DNA from: Setoptus koraiensis
Taxonomy: Eukaryota; Animalia; Arthropoda
Assembly (NCBI GenBank): GCA_048013815.1
Contig: CM106586.1
Span: 22,320,001-22,384,000, forward strand
Direction of reading: 5' to 3'
Length of the DNA: 64,000 bases
The notes beneath the pieces were generated by a model. That model was not told where the DNA came from. It saw nothing but the letters and a program-made list of their open reading frames with translations, and ran no database searches. This document shows, piece by piece, positions 1-12,197 of this stretch (position 1 is the first letter of the stretch; every line of letters begins with the position of its first letter). The position numbers and the translations under genes were made by a program.

Positions 1-1906
1 CGCATCATCACCATCAGCATGCTCATCAACATCAGCATTCAACGTCGCAGCAGGCACCACCAGCAACCTCTACACAAACTCCGACATCTTCGACACAAAC
101 TCCCACACCAGCGACAGCCACAACCACAACACAAGTGATAGCAACGTCAGCTAACAATCCGCCAATATCCACCTGTCACGCCGAAACAATCAAGACAGCA
201 GTCACAGCAACACCAAATGTGGCATCTAGCCTAAACGTAACTAATACGTCTAATTCTCAGCAGCAACGATCTCTTTCGCCGGCTTCCAATGCGACGCTCG
301 ATAGACAATTGTCTGAAACTGAAAAACAACCCACACATACTAGCAACAAAGAGAGCTTCTTACAACAGACAGCCAAAAGATTGTCTATAGGGCACCATTC
401 GATTGGAGGCAGAAAATCCATTGATAGCAACATGGGTGGTGTGCACCAGCAACGTCAAAGGATAAAATCGGCTGCTTTCGTCAGTACAGACATGGATGTG
501 AGCGACGAAACAAAATTTAATCGTCAACATACTCTGAAAACGTATGAAAGTTGTGATAGCCCCAGGATTAGACAAAGTGACCAAAACATCGATAACCACC
601 ACCATCATCACCATCATCTTAATGCGACCTCAACAAAGTCATTATCTGGCGCTACCACTTGCAAACAATGTAACCCGAGTAGCATTGAACCGTCAACAAT
701 CATAGAACCTAGGAGAGATAGTGTGTCACATTGTCGTCAACGCGCAACTTTAACATCGGCCTCGTCAACTACCCAGCAAGACGGATCAATGAGTCAATCT
801 AGCGAAAGTGAATCTGGTGATCCTGGGGCCGATAGTCTAATGCAATCGAATCCAGAGCAAAGCAAATCTACGCAACAAAATAAAGCATCTTCAAATGTGA
901 TAAACACTAAAAATTCAAGCTCCACTCGCATCACTACGAGCACACAACAACAGAATATAGGAAACTTAGAGAAGGAATTAGAGTCGCTAAAAATTAGATT
1001 AGATCGTAGGATAGGTGGCGTAAAAATGTCCAAAGTAACGCAATCCTATCTGAGTTATTTCCAACAATGGGCTGAATATGACCCTTTTATCACCACACCC
1101 ATTCCGTCCAATCCTTGGGTGACTGATTCAACTGAGCTTTGGGACTCTGAGAGGCAAACCAAAGATGTTCATTGTAGACGTATTAGACGATGGGCCTTTT
1201 CCTTGAAAGAGCTCCTCAATGATCCAGCCGGCAGAGACCAATTTTTCAGATTTTTAGAAAAGGAGTTCTCAGCAGAGAATTTAAAGTGAGTCTAAGTTGG
1301 TGTTTATGAGTGTCTATATAATTTCTTTTTGATTCAATGCTAACAGTCGCTATTGCGATATCGGTGAAATTGTTTTTGTGCATTATATATTGATTCGTAT
1401 AATTTATTTCTGTGTTCACTCATGTGCAAAAATTAGGTTCTGGGATGCAGTTCAAGAGTTGAAACGAGTTCACTCGAGGGATGTGGCAAGGAGAATCGAG
1501 GCTATATGGAATGAATATCTTGCAACTGGTAAGTTGAATTATACAGATTATTGTAATTGCGGCATCTATAAAATTAATCGCTCACATTCTAATAATATGT
1601 TCGACAATTTTTGGCTCTTCTTCCACATCGGTTCTTGTAGATGCGAACTGCCCTATCAATATTGATTCGAAATCGTATGAAACTTCAAAGAAGAATATGG
1701 AAAAGAATCGCAACAATCGCTATATTTTCGACGAAGCAGCCGGACATGTCTATCAGCTTATGAAAAATGATAGTTATCCACGTTATCTAAGATCTGACAT
1801 GTACAAAGACTACAAGGAAGCCTCCGAGAAAAAGAGAACAAATCAAGTTGCATTCGATGTTTTTAAGCCACAAATTACTACTCTCAAGCATAAATTCAAC
1901 TTTTAG
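1..1906 (+). CDS. RGS7: R7-family regulator of G-protein signalling (RGS6/7/egl-10-like), 5'-partial; exons <1-1285, 1437-1528, 1641-1906
   Basis: GGL domain (LEKELESLKIRLDRR...EYDPFITTPIPSNPWVTDSTELW) followed by the RGS box (FSLKELLNDPAGRDQFFRFLEKEFSAENLK|FWDAVQELK...G|DANCPINIDSKSYE...HVYQLMKNDSYPRYLRS). GT-AG introns 1286-1436 and 1529-1640 keep the frame. The frame is open from base 3, so DEP/DHEX lie outside the window. Confidence 0.92.
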
Positions 1907-2774
1907 GCCTCCTGGAAATCCTGCCTCTCAAAATCCTACTTGGTATGGATATAAAAATTGCAACAAAAATTCCATCGTAAATATTGTCACTACAAAACCA
2001 CCGATTAGCGCTTTGTGAACAGTTCGTTCTCGATTTTTTAATTGTTGATGTCATGGTTACCTTAGGACAATGTGTACATTCAAATGATGATCAGCAAGTT
2101 TACATGAATGAGTTGGTTTGTACATCAATATTTTGGTATATTAATAACTAGTCGTCATAAGCTAAGATTATTGAATTATCAAAGGCATTGTAACAATGAT
2201 TTCCACAATGTGATCAAATAAACTAGATAAAAAATAACAACGTGGAAGTTGTCGCAAATTCGACTATGCAAAACTATTTATTAATTGGGTCATATTGACT
2301 CTGACGTCAAAACTATGAGCGATTTTATAGTGGACTGAACAGACGAGTTTAGAAACTGAATTGCTGGATGACAGGTGCTGTGAGGAAATTACAGGTGTGA
2401 CCTTTAGTAGTTTTTTGTTGTTGATTGAATGGTACTGACAGTCGCAAGTAATACTCTCTTCAGTGACATGAGACGAGTCGAGTGTCGACTTGTGTGTCAA
2501 CTAACACACAGGTAAGTAACGTTTTATTAAGGACTAGTAACTAGAAAACAACTATCAAACATGTATCGGTGAGGTCGGTGATCGAACGAGTTCAATAGTT
2601 GAGGTCACCAGATAATAGATTCGAACCATTCGATTAGAATTTTCTTAAATATCATCGGTAATCAACAAAACTCAGACTGAAGGCGCAAATAAACGAGGTA
2701 AACAATTTCTTAGATAACATACTATAAAGTAATGATTAAACTTAGTATTTATCAGTTCAATGATTCATCTATCA

Positions 2775-5047
2775 TCATTCATAGGCAGAGGGTGATTCCT
2801 CCAAAACGATTTGATTTTCTGTTTCGTCAATATTCATTTTGACTCGAATATGTTCCATTTGTTCATCAGACGTTAAAAGCCTCGAGAAGCAAGATAAAAA
2901 AGGCGGTAGGGTTTCCATTAATGTTGGATGTGAGTGCGTCAACATCGGCTTGATAAAGTTATTGTCGAGATCTCGCCACCTCCTTACTAGGCTTGCGTTT
3001 TCGTAAGGACGAAGCTCCTCCATTCCTATCCCCAAAATTCTTAAAGAATCATGATGATTGTTTGAGGTGCTGTGCTCTGATAGCGCTAATTGTGAATCGT
3101 GGTGATTATTAGAGGCACTTTGCTCTGAAAGTGCCGAGCAGGAATCATAAATGCAATTTTTATTGTGTTCATGGTGACTATCAATTAAATTAGCTTCCCT
3201 TTTTCTGTTTCTTTGAATATCTAGCGAATCTGGATCCTTCGATTCCCTAATATGACTATCGGTACCTTTATCCGCGAAAGGTATCTTCAAAGCTTTCAGC
3301 ATGAAATCTACACTACCGCCAACTACTATAACACTAAATATTACTATCACAGATGTGGTACTAAGCATGATACGTCTTGCATCACCGACCGTATTTCTCG
3401 CAGCCAACGAATAAGATATAACTCCTCTGGCTGCTCCTCCCCATGCGATGACGTGCTGAAAATTGCATGGTATCTTCTTTTTTCTGCCTAAATTCAATAG
3501 GATACTTAGCGGGTATATACTTAGAGCTCTAGCCACTATAACCGCCACGAAAGCGATGCCGATGAAAGTTAGGTTCCAGGTTTGCCCCCTTTGCCAGAAT
3601 GCCACTCCAACTGCTAAAAATAAAAAGTTCTCACATAAGAATGTCAACAATTCAAACAATGTTATAGTTCTTTCACGGGCCTCTGCTGAGAAGTTGTTGA
3701 ATGTATAATGAGCTTGCGTGATACCACAAAATAGGATAGCCACTATTCCCGACATATCGCTAACTTCGGCTGCCAAGAATGACGTGTATGAGGTGAGGAC
3801 CACCAGACTTGTTTCCAGCAACGGTAAATCAGATAACTTTGTAAATTTTGTTGTCAATGCCGTAATGACTCCAAATATTATACCAATAATACATGAATTT
3901 ACAAACATAGATATGAAATTGAACGTTGATTTCCACAAGGCTAACATGATCGAGTAAGAGGGATTCCGACCATATATTATGCTAAACTGGTCGATTGCGT
4001 GAGTGAGAACAATTGATACGGCATCGTTGAGAATACTTTCACCAAAGACTAGGGCAAAGAGATTGACATCCACTTTTAGTTCCTGAAAGATAGCCAAGAC
4101 GGCTAGTGGGTCCGTGGGGGATATGATCGCACCAAAGTATAAACAATTTGACAGTGAGAAATTGTCCGCAAGATAGGTATATTGCAAGAAAGATCTCAAA
4201 AATTGAATTGCTCCGTAAATGATAGATCCTACAACAATCACAGAGATGGATGTGCCCACAAATGCATACGCTAATATTGCACCGATATTCCTAAAGAATT
4301 GTTTTCTTTTAAGAGATAGGCCAGCGTTGAGTACTATGGGAGGCAATATTAAATTGAAGAACACTTCTGGATCGACAGAGGCATAAGAGATTTGAGAGCC
4401 CAGCTTGGTTGATGGCGACAGTTCGCCTCTGAACTCATATGCATAGGTGTGATTCAAAGGTACATTCGGCACATCGCCTAGATTTCGCATCTCAACTATG
4501 ATGTAATCGGGCGGTCCATTTGGTGATGGGGTCTCAAGCCGCGAGTCTTCTGAGCTTATTTTCACTTCCAGGCCTATGTAGCGAATAGCGGCGCCCATGA
4601 TGAGGCCATAGATGATGGCCAAGCCGGTTTCGTGTATAAAATGGCGTCGTCTTCTTTTGAAGAACCATATTGTGATCAAGACCTGTGTGTGAGGTGAATT
4701 CGAAAAAAAGATTGTGTCAGTGTGATTGGAATTAATGGATATTGTTTATTACATTGAACAAAATGGTATTGATTAGTTGTGTAATGGGCGATTGTGAATA
4801 AGAAGAGTTAATTACGTACCAAAACCAAAAGAACAGCGTAGGCCAAAAGATTGAGAGTGTCTATACGATGTCGTTGTTTGGCCTTTTCATCCACAATAAC
4901 ATCCACAGGTAAATAGGCATGACCATATGTTGCAAATTGGACGAGTAAAGCGACAAGATAAGTTATTCGTAACATGATTGGTGGTGGGAAGGTGCACAAC
5001 GTCGTAGTGAGCCCTCTCTGTATTATTGATGGATATATTATTGCCAT
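2775..5047 (-). CDS. Nhe3: Endosomal Na+/H+ exchanger (SLC9A6/7/9, Drosophila Nhe3-like); exons 5047(or 4975)-4820 and 4682-2775
   Basis: Motifs HETGLAIIYG, DPEVFFNLILPPI, PTDPLAVLAIF, VFGESILNDAV. A phase-0 intron (ttg|gtacgt ... cacag|gtc) joins DEKAKQRHRIDTLNLLAYAVLLVL to VLITIWFFK. The start codon (5047 or 4975) is uncertain. Confidence 0.93.
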
Positions 5048-7236
5048 CGAGGTGTTTGTGCGTTTGTTTTTTGTTGTTTCTGTTATGTTTTTGTTGTTTC
5101 GTGGGTCTCTCAGAACAAATGCTCCAATGAAGGTGAGAGCGAATGCTCTAGAACAGGCGTCACAGTAGGCTCGCTAGCACTAACAACTAATTTTAGTATA
5201 TTTATATATAGGATTTGCTGTAACATGTTATCTTCTCTAGAGGTTGTTAATCGTCATGTTGCGGGTGAATGACAAACAATTATCACTGATTGCTAATGTT
5301 GTTGTTTCTTTGATCACAGCTCCTGTCTAATAATAATCTGGATAACTAATTGTTGTTATTGTTCATTTATTTAGCTGTACCACACATGCGAACATTAAAA
5401 CATGGACACAATTAGACACACAAACAATAATAATGGTATGTCACATATAATAATTGGGCCTGTATTGCGACAATTTTTGTTGCAAGTTTCTCTGCTCGGC
5501 GCGCCACCACAAAATCCGCAACACGAATAATCCGCTCTGTTTTGTGCACTGACTGTGTGTTCATGTCACTGTACTGTATATATTTAGAGGTTAGACAGTT
5601 CAGAGCATGCTCACAACTACCGCATGTCAGCTCTACTGCACTTTCGTTGCTTTCACTTTCACTTGCGCACTATGCACAATGTGAGCTGTTGTGTGTACAA
5701 TTGCGTATGCTCGAACCGCTCTGTGACAAGGCAAAATAAACGCAAGGGTGCATTGTTCTCCCTGAATTCAAGTACAGTGAAAACTCCTGAAACTCGTACG
5801 AAATTTAAATAAGTAAACAAGTCACCTGTGCTATCGAATGGCATCGCATGTCGTTGTTAACAAGTTGTGGTTAATAATCACGAGTTGCAAAACGTCGCCA
5901 GACAATTACAATATACACAAATCACACACAAATCAAAACAAGGGCAGTAAATTATGCAGACAACGCAAATCCAATATTTAGGGTACGTCATGGTGGCTGA
6001 TTAGAGCGCATACTAATCTCTCGGATAGTCATATTAAAAAATACCTAATGATGGCGATGACTCACGCCGTGAACGCAATGTCTCATCATTACCAACACGT
6101 CGGCAATTTGTGTGCTCCGCAACATCTACGCAGGGATCTATTATTGTTGCTTTTATTCAATGAAACAAGTCATCTGTCTGTGGGAATAACTTTTTGAATA
6201 TTAACACTACTAATTTTCCAATCAAATACGAATACACAGTCCGGATAAATCACAACATCGATCCGGTCTTATCTATCGACATCTATTGCTCGCAACGTTG
6301 TACGAGTCTCACATGAAACTGTGCCAATCTATTCATCATGTCGGCGAGAGTATCAGGCTGCGTTGGAATAGTTTCCCTGAAATGATAAGTACCAGGAATG
6401 TGGTCAAACCCAGCACCAGGAACAACGAGTATCTCCCAGCAGTGTCATAACATGCAGAGTCAGGCTTCTGATTGGCCTTCTCGGCTGCCTCTTTGGCACT
6501 CGGCGGCAAAACTATCTTCGGGGCAAGTGCGTACATGGCTCTGCCGGCCTTATATTCTAGAGCTGCTAATACCCTTTGCCGTTCTTTCTCAAACAGCTCG
6601 TGGGAAGGTTGACCTTTGTTTGGCGGATTTACAGCATGGCTCATTGTTACCTGTCCAAGTACAGACACAGTCTAGCGGGCAATAACTTACATAATATGGC
6701 ATTTACGTCAGGTGTAAAGTTGTCAAGTTTGCCATATGCTTCACGTAGACCACACTCTCCCATGTTGCTGGCACTCACCATGGATACTAGTTTATTAGAG
6801 GCCCCATCTCACAAATAACCTTTGAATGAATTGTGCTGAGCACCCTCCACCCATACATTTTGCTGGTGGACTTCATCTGCATTGATCATCAGGTTATGTG
6901 ATTGAGCGATTGGTCTATTTCTGTCTGGTCCTCATTTCGGTTACTACGGATTGCGACCTTAACATCAGTTTGAAATTTCGAGCCGAAAATTCGACACCTC
7001 CTTTCTACTATTTGAACAATTGGAAGTATCAACCTCGACAGCTCGGGGGCCATGAAGGCCTGAAGGAAGAAGTTTGAAAGATTTCAAGCGAATCTATCCA
7101 AGACAAACAGAGCTCTTTTTGAAAGTTCACGGTTCATGATGAAATGTTTATTTAGAGTATTTGAATAGTAGTTTTTTATCTCTTCAGACATCGATACAAA
7201 ATCTTGCAACAACAAAAAAGATGAACCTTAACTTAC

Positions 7237-8259
7237 CGATCGTTAACCTTGCCATATCTGACTAGTTTTTTAGGATTTTTCACAAACTGGATTGAAACTT
7301 GCCTTACTTACCTTGAATATCTACCTTGATAATCTTCTTGAGATCGGGTTCTACTTTGTTGGAGGCAACACACTCGTAAAGACCGGAATTCTGCGGTGTA
7401 GCATCATTAATCGATAACATTCCATCGACATCCTTCAAATTGACTGTATCATTGATATTACTATTCAACTTTATCCACCTCACCATTGGTTGTGGCTGTC
7501 CTCTGGCCGAGCAGTTCATTTTTGCTGTTTGCCCAACGGCAATCTTTATGTCTTGAGGTTCCACTAGCCACTTCAGTTCCACTTTTTTCGTGATATTGAA
7601 AAGTTTAATAGTAGCATCGAGTAGTATCAATATACAAAAAAGAGTAATGAAAGTGAATAATCGTTAAACCATCATGATCCATTCAACGAAGATATCCTGT
7701 GAATCCAATTTGTTATCTACACATACCAGCGACCATTAAACTTGCGGAGACACTGTCGTGGCCATGAGAGTTTTCAACTCGACAGGTGTAATTTCCGGTA
7801 TTCTCTACAGTTATGTTGGTCATTTTCAGTCTCGATAAGCCTTGCTCGAACTTTATTGTATATTGTCGTCCATAATAATTGTCCAGCCTGCTCCCATCTT
7901 TGAACCAGTAAAAATTCAGATCTTGACTATTCTTCCCATTGGAAACAACACAAAACATTTCCGTGTCGGATCCCTCGCTGTAGCTATCCTCTAATGGCAT
8001 AGGAAGTAGCTTTGGAGCAGCTAAAATTTTAGTAAATAAAGATGTGATTAATTTATTATGTTGGAGCGAATTATGTCGAACTATGATACCTCAATGATTG
8101 TCCCAAATGTGGTGCTGCTGACCAATTTATCCTCCACTTACTTGATTTCAATTTAGAGTTGGTATTGGCGGCACTTGCATCTGATGATAATGTCAGACTT
8201 TCCAAGGTGATGAGTAGAATCAGCAACCATATTGGTTGTTGTTTCCACGAGCTTGACAT
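7237..8259 (-). CDS. Dscam: Shortened Dscam (sDscam-beta-like) variable cassette B: leader 8259-8142, Ig7-like 8020-7727, Ig8-like 7581-7312, microexon 7257-7237
   Basis: Signal peptide MSSSWKQQPIWLLILLITLESLTLS. The Ig exons (APKLLPMP...MFCVVSNG...W...YTCRVENSHG; WLVEPQD...NCSARGQPQPMVRW...SGLYECVASN) resemble Dscam Ig7/Ig8. All introns are phase-1 GT-AG and the frame is intact. The Ig8 acceptor (gaaaaaag) is weak. Confidence 0.85.
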
Positions 8260-8507
8260 GTCTATAAAATATAATGATTTGGTGACGAGATACAGTAAAT
8301 ACGAAGAAATCCGAGTGTTTGTCTATTTTGCAGGTCATATAGATTGGTTAACTAAATCTTTCTGTAGATTGAAATATTCTCAAACAGGATGAGAACCAAC
8401 TCATATCGGTTTGTTTTCTTTTTTCAATCGTTTGCCCATCGATCAGCTGTAATGCGACAAAATTCCTGTCGGATAAATCGAGCTGCGGCGCCTAGCACCG
8501 CTGCGCA

Positions 8508-9520
8508 CATTTGGGGTCTCAAAAAGAATTGCATTTGGTAGCACACACGAAGCTTTGTCTCGGCTTCGTGAGTGAGAANNNNNNNNNNNNNNNNNNNNNN
8601 NNNNNNNNNNNNNNNNNNNNNNNNNNNNNNNNNNNNNNNNNNNNNNNNNNNNNNNNNNNNNNNNNNNNNNNNNNNNNNNNNNNNNNNNNNNNNNNNNNNN
8701 NNNNNNNNNNNNNNNNNNNNNNNNNNNNNNNNNNNNNNNNNNNNNNNNNNNNNNNNNNNNNNNNNNNNNNNNNNNNNNNNNNNNNNNNNNNNNNNNNNNN
8801 NNNNNNNNNNNNNNNNNNNNNNNNNNNNNNNNNNNNNNNNNNNNNNNNNNNNNNNNNNNNNNNNNNNNNNNNNNNNNNNNNNNNNNNNNNNNNNNNNNNN
8901 NNNNNNNNNNNNNNNNNNNNNNNNNNNNNNNNNNNNNNNNNNNNNNNNNNNNNNNNNNNNNNNNNNNNNNNNNNNNNNNNNNNNNNNNNNNNNNNNNNNN
9001 NNNNNNNNNNNNNNNNNNNNNNNNNNNNNNNNNNNNNNNNNNNNNNNNNNNNNNNNNNNNNNNNNNNNNNNNNNNNNNATCTCCGTCGTCGCTCCCGCGA
9101 CGACTGCGTGCGACGGAAACCCTTCGGGTAGAGTTGATGAGCGCTTCGGGTATCGGGCTGCGCCCTCTACCCTCCGCTCACATGACTGCAATCCATCCAC
9201 AAATGAAGGGGGGGAATAAAAAATAAGGATGAGACAAGTAGGAACAACTGAATTACAAGCTAATACATGGTGTTGCGCAGTCTGTGCACAGTATGGGCCC
9301 GCTTACCGCAACCGCACAGGCCTGGCCGCACCTCTAATTTCAGTTGAACCTTGACATCTAGCAAACCGGAAGTGATACCGGATTGATTTTGATTTCATCG
9401 TGCTCCGCTGAAAGTCATCTACCTGATTCTCAATTTTCAGAGCTCTAGCTTCAACTTTATGTAAAACCGGAACCAGAAGTTTCCGCACTTCCGGACCACC
9501 TAATCCATGATGTGGGGCGC
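8508..9520. mobile_element. Partial second copy of the dead-ORF flank plus a related MITE lacking the right TIR
   Basis: 8508-8578 is identical to 10571-10641 (71 bp). 9079-9190 is similar to 10996-11108. ~9445-9497 matches the subterminal repeat at 11374-11430. No copy of the terminal TIR follows. Confidence 0.7.
8579..9078. other. Assembly gap (500 N)
   Basis: Run of N. Both flanks match the 10571-11108 region, where the equivalent interval is only ~355 bp. Confidence 1.
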
Positions 9521-9543
9521 CGATGTATCACACACATTGTAAG

Positions 9544-9713
9544 GCGCGCACTCGCCGCGCTATGGCCATGCATGGTGTCATAAACACCATGCAGCACGGC
9601 CAGGCGCGACAAGTGCGCGCCACAGGCTAAAGACATGTAAATGGGCAATCTGCTGAGGTCAGCAGATTGCCCCTATAAATAAAGCCACGGCTGATCGATG
9701 AAGATCAGTCGTG
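9544..9713. other. Cluster of three inverted repeats around a TATAAATAAA motif
   Basis: 77-nt imperfect GC-rich fold-back at 9544-9620. Perfect 14-bp stem GGGCAATCTGCTGA-gg-TCAGCAGATTGCCC at 9643-9672. TATAAATA at 9674-9681. 11-bp stem at 9686-9713. Confidence 0.85.
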
Positions 9714-9755
9714 ATCTGACCAACCTTAAGAGAACATCTCTAAATAGATCAGCCC

Positions 9756-10644
9756 TTACTTGAGCATGTTATCAGTGAATTGGATTACTTTATGATTTCC
9801 GCTATCTAAACCAACTTGCATTGTTTCTATAGTATCCCTGATCGTATTTGCCCACCACCTAGACTGACCGTCGGGTACCTGGTTCTTGATCTCGTTCACA
9901 GAAGCTCCGCAGAACAATGAGAGGATTTCCTCGAATTTCTCATACATGAGTTCCACTGCCTTGTGAAACACAGCGTCGCCTTGCCAGCCGTCTGATGGCC
10001 TGCTGGCGAGGATGGCTGCACCAAACTCCTATATTTCTTCGACTAGAACGTCCATGTCTTCGTTTCTCTGACAAGCCACATAGGGCGGCAAAAGATGTGC
10101 ATTTTTCACACCAACATAATCAGTTGTATACCTTTTTCTCTTGTTGCTTTGCGTAGGTTCATGAAAACCGCCTGGTCCTGGTGTAGCCGCCGCATCTCGT
10201 TCGGGAATTCCTTGATCGTTCTCCTCCGTTACACGATGATCCTCGTCCATGACGGGTTGAGGACCAGCTGATCCTTGTTGTGTCTCCGCATCTTGGATGC
10301 GAAGTCCTTGATTGTTCACCTCCGTTACACCATGATCCCCGTTCATGACGGGTTGAGGACCACCTGATCCTTGTGCAGTCGGCGCATCTTGGATGCGAAC
10401 CTCTGCAGTTGGCTCAATTATTGGCTCTTGTGTCAGCTTTACTTCTTGCGGAAGGACTGATTCTCGCGCGGAATCCTTCTGAGGACTGAGCTTCCAGGTG
10501 ATGCAAGGACTTGGTGGTACCTGATTTTCGAGGACAATTACTGCAGGGACGAGATCTGATTTTTCCTGCCCATTTGGGGTCTCAAAAAGAATTGCATTTG
10601 GTAGCACACACGAAGCTTTGTCTCGGCTTCGTGAGTGAGAAATC
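9756..10644 (-). pseudogene. Disrupted ORF of unknown origin (~300 codons), split by one TAG and cut by the MITE
   Basis: Listed ORFs 10029-10670 and 9756-9971 are in the same frame (EEI*EFGAAILASRPSDGWQGDAVFHKAV). Removing the MITE and one TSD continues the frame leftwards on the minus strand into 11525-11680, which has further stops. Confidence 0.6.
10170..10400 (-). repeat. 96-bp (32-aa) coding tandem repeat, two copies plus a partial third
   Basis: IQDAPTAQGSGGPQPVMNGDHGVTEVNNQGLR / IQDAETQQGSAGPQPVMDEDHRVTEENDQGIP / ERDAAATPGPGG. The anchor gcatcttggatgcgaa occurs at 10288 and 10384. Confidence 0.85.
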
Positions 10645-11516
10645 GGTTGTTGTAGCGAATAGTGCCACACTCAGATTCTGATGAAACTTTCGGTATAGGT
10701 TTATATTGACCTCAATAGAACGAAAAAAGTGGTCCGGAAGTGCGGAAACTTCCGGTTCTGGTTTTACCTCAAGTTAGAGCTAGAGGTCTGAAAATCACCA
10801 TACTAGCCTTCCGAAAGACGCTGAATACAATGGCATAATTTTCAGCTCGGTGCGACTTCCGGTTCTCGAGATATCGGCATATTTATTGGTTTGGAAGACC
10901 GGAAGTTGACGAATTTCAGCTTCGCTGCACTCGGGGATGAACCTGCGATGGGTCTGAGAACTCGGCCTGCGGCCTCGTAATTTGGAGGCCGTCACATCTC
11001 CGTCGTCGCTCCCGCGACGACTGCGTGCGACGGGAACCCTTCGGGTAGGGTTGATGAGCGCTTCGGGTTTCGGGCTTCGCCCTCAGCCCTCCGCTCACAT
11101 GACTGCAAACCATAGACGAGAGTAAGAGACTAGAAGAAATGTTAAAAGCCTCGGAACATGATTCAAGCACAGATCTAGCGCTGTGCCATCTTGTGTGGCG
11201 ACATATCGGAGCCTCTAGGGCGCACGTATTTACTCGTGCGCGCGGATGCTTCGTCCCGAGCGGGATACCCGCGCGGTTTTTCCTGAATATCTCCGCAACC
11301 GGAAGCCGCACACACGTAAAACGAACTCCATTGTACTCAGAATGTTCATATCCTGCTGCATATCAAGTTCCATAGCTCTAGCTTGAATTTTGTGTAAAAC
11401 CGGAACCGGAAGTTTCCGCACTTCCGGACCAGCGAATCCGTTGTTTGGGGGCCCTAAGGGCCCCATGTGTGAAGTTTGGTGGAAATCTGAGTGTGGCACT
11501 ATTCGCTACAACACCC
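10645..11516. mobile_element. Non-autonomous TIR element (MITE, Mutator- or Merlin-like), 872 bp
   Basis: 33-bp TIR GG(T/G)TGTTGTAGCGAATAGTGCCACACTCAGATT at 10645-10677 and 11484-11516 (inner 30 bp perfect). 8-bp TSD GAGAAATC at 10637-10644 and 11517-11524. Inner inverted repeat at ~10730-10785 / ~11374-11430. No transposase. The superfamily is inferred only from GG termini and TSD length. Confidence 0.88.
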
Positions 11517-12197
11517 GAGAAATCAATGAAAGGAAGTGGAAATCCACTCCTTAGTGTTCTTCGCGATTCAGCACATTTTCAGCACTATACCAATAGTTTT
11601 TCATTTCGCCTTTGTTTGTCGGCTTCACCATGTCGTTCTAGGACGATTCTTCCTGAGATATCATCCGAAATCTCATCCATTTTGCAAAAAAAAAAGTGCA
11701 CGAAACATGAAGCCACACACTCTTTCTGCTGGTGAATTGAGATATGACTCAAGAATGAGAAACATGCAGTGAGATGATTTTCTGGTTAGAACCTTTCCAG
11801 TATTCTGAAGACGAACAGAAATGATCCTAGACTTGTGAGTAAATCCCAAGTATTAGATTAATCTACATCGCGACATGAGATATACCCAACATTCTTGTCA
11901 AACAACTGTGATTTCCTACGAAAATTGTGAATATCCCTGTATCTTCTAGACACTTAGCTCATCTAGGCTGATTTTGTGAGGGTCCAGAAGTAATCATTTG
12001 TTCTGTGAATCGGTTGCATCTCAACAAAGAATCATTCATAGGTGAATAAAAAGTTAAATCTTATACTCCATCGGACAAGTGAACTGTGTTTCTCTATAAG
12101 TCTGCAGTTTCGGTTGAAATCTTTATTTAAAAAAAGCATGTACACAGAAAGAAATCTAAAACCTTACAATTTATCAAAGTGATCACCCGTTACTTAC

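Noticed and set aside
2264-2500. 78-aa minus-strand ORF with an AG just upstream (possible alternative NHE or Dscam tail exon)
   Set aside because: No recognisable similarity or supporting donor; it lies in the convergent 3' UTR region.
7035-7065. Minus-strand FMAPEL resembling a kinase APE motif
   Set aside because: No other kinase subdomains are nearby; likely chance.
8424-9219. 200-258 aa ORFs spanning the N run
   Set aside because: Artefacts of translating the assembly gap.
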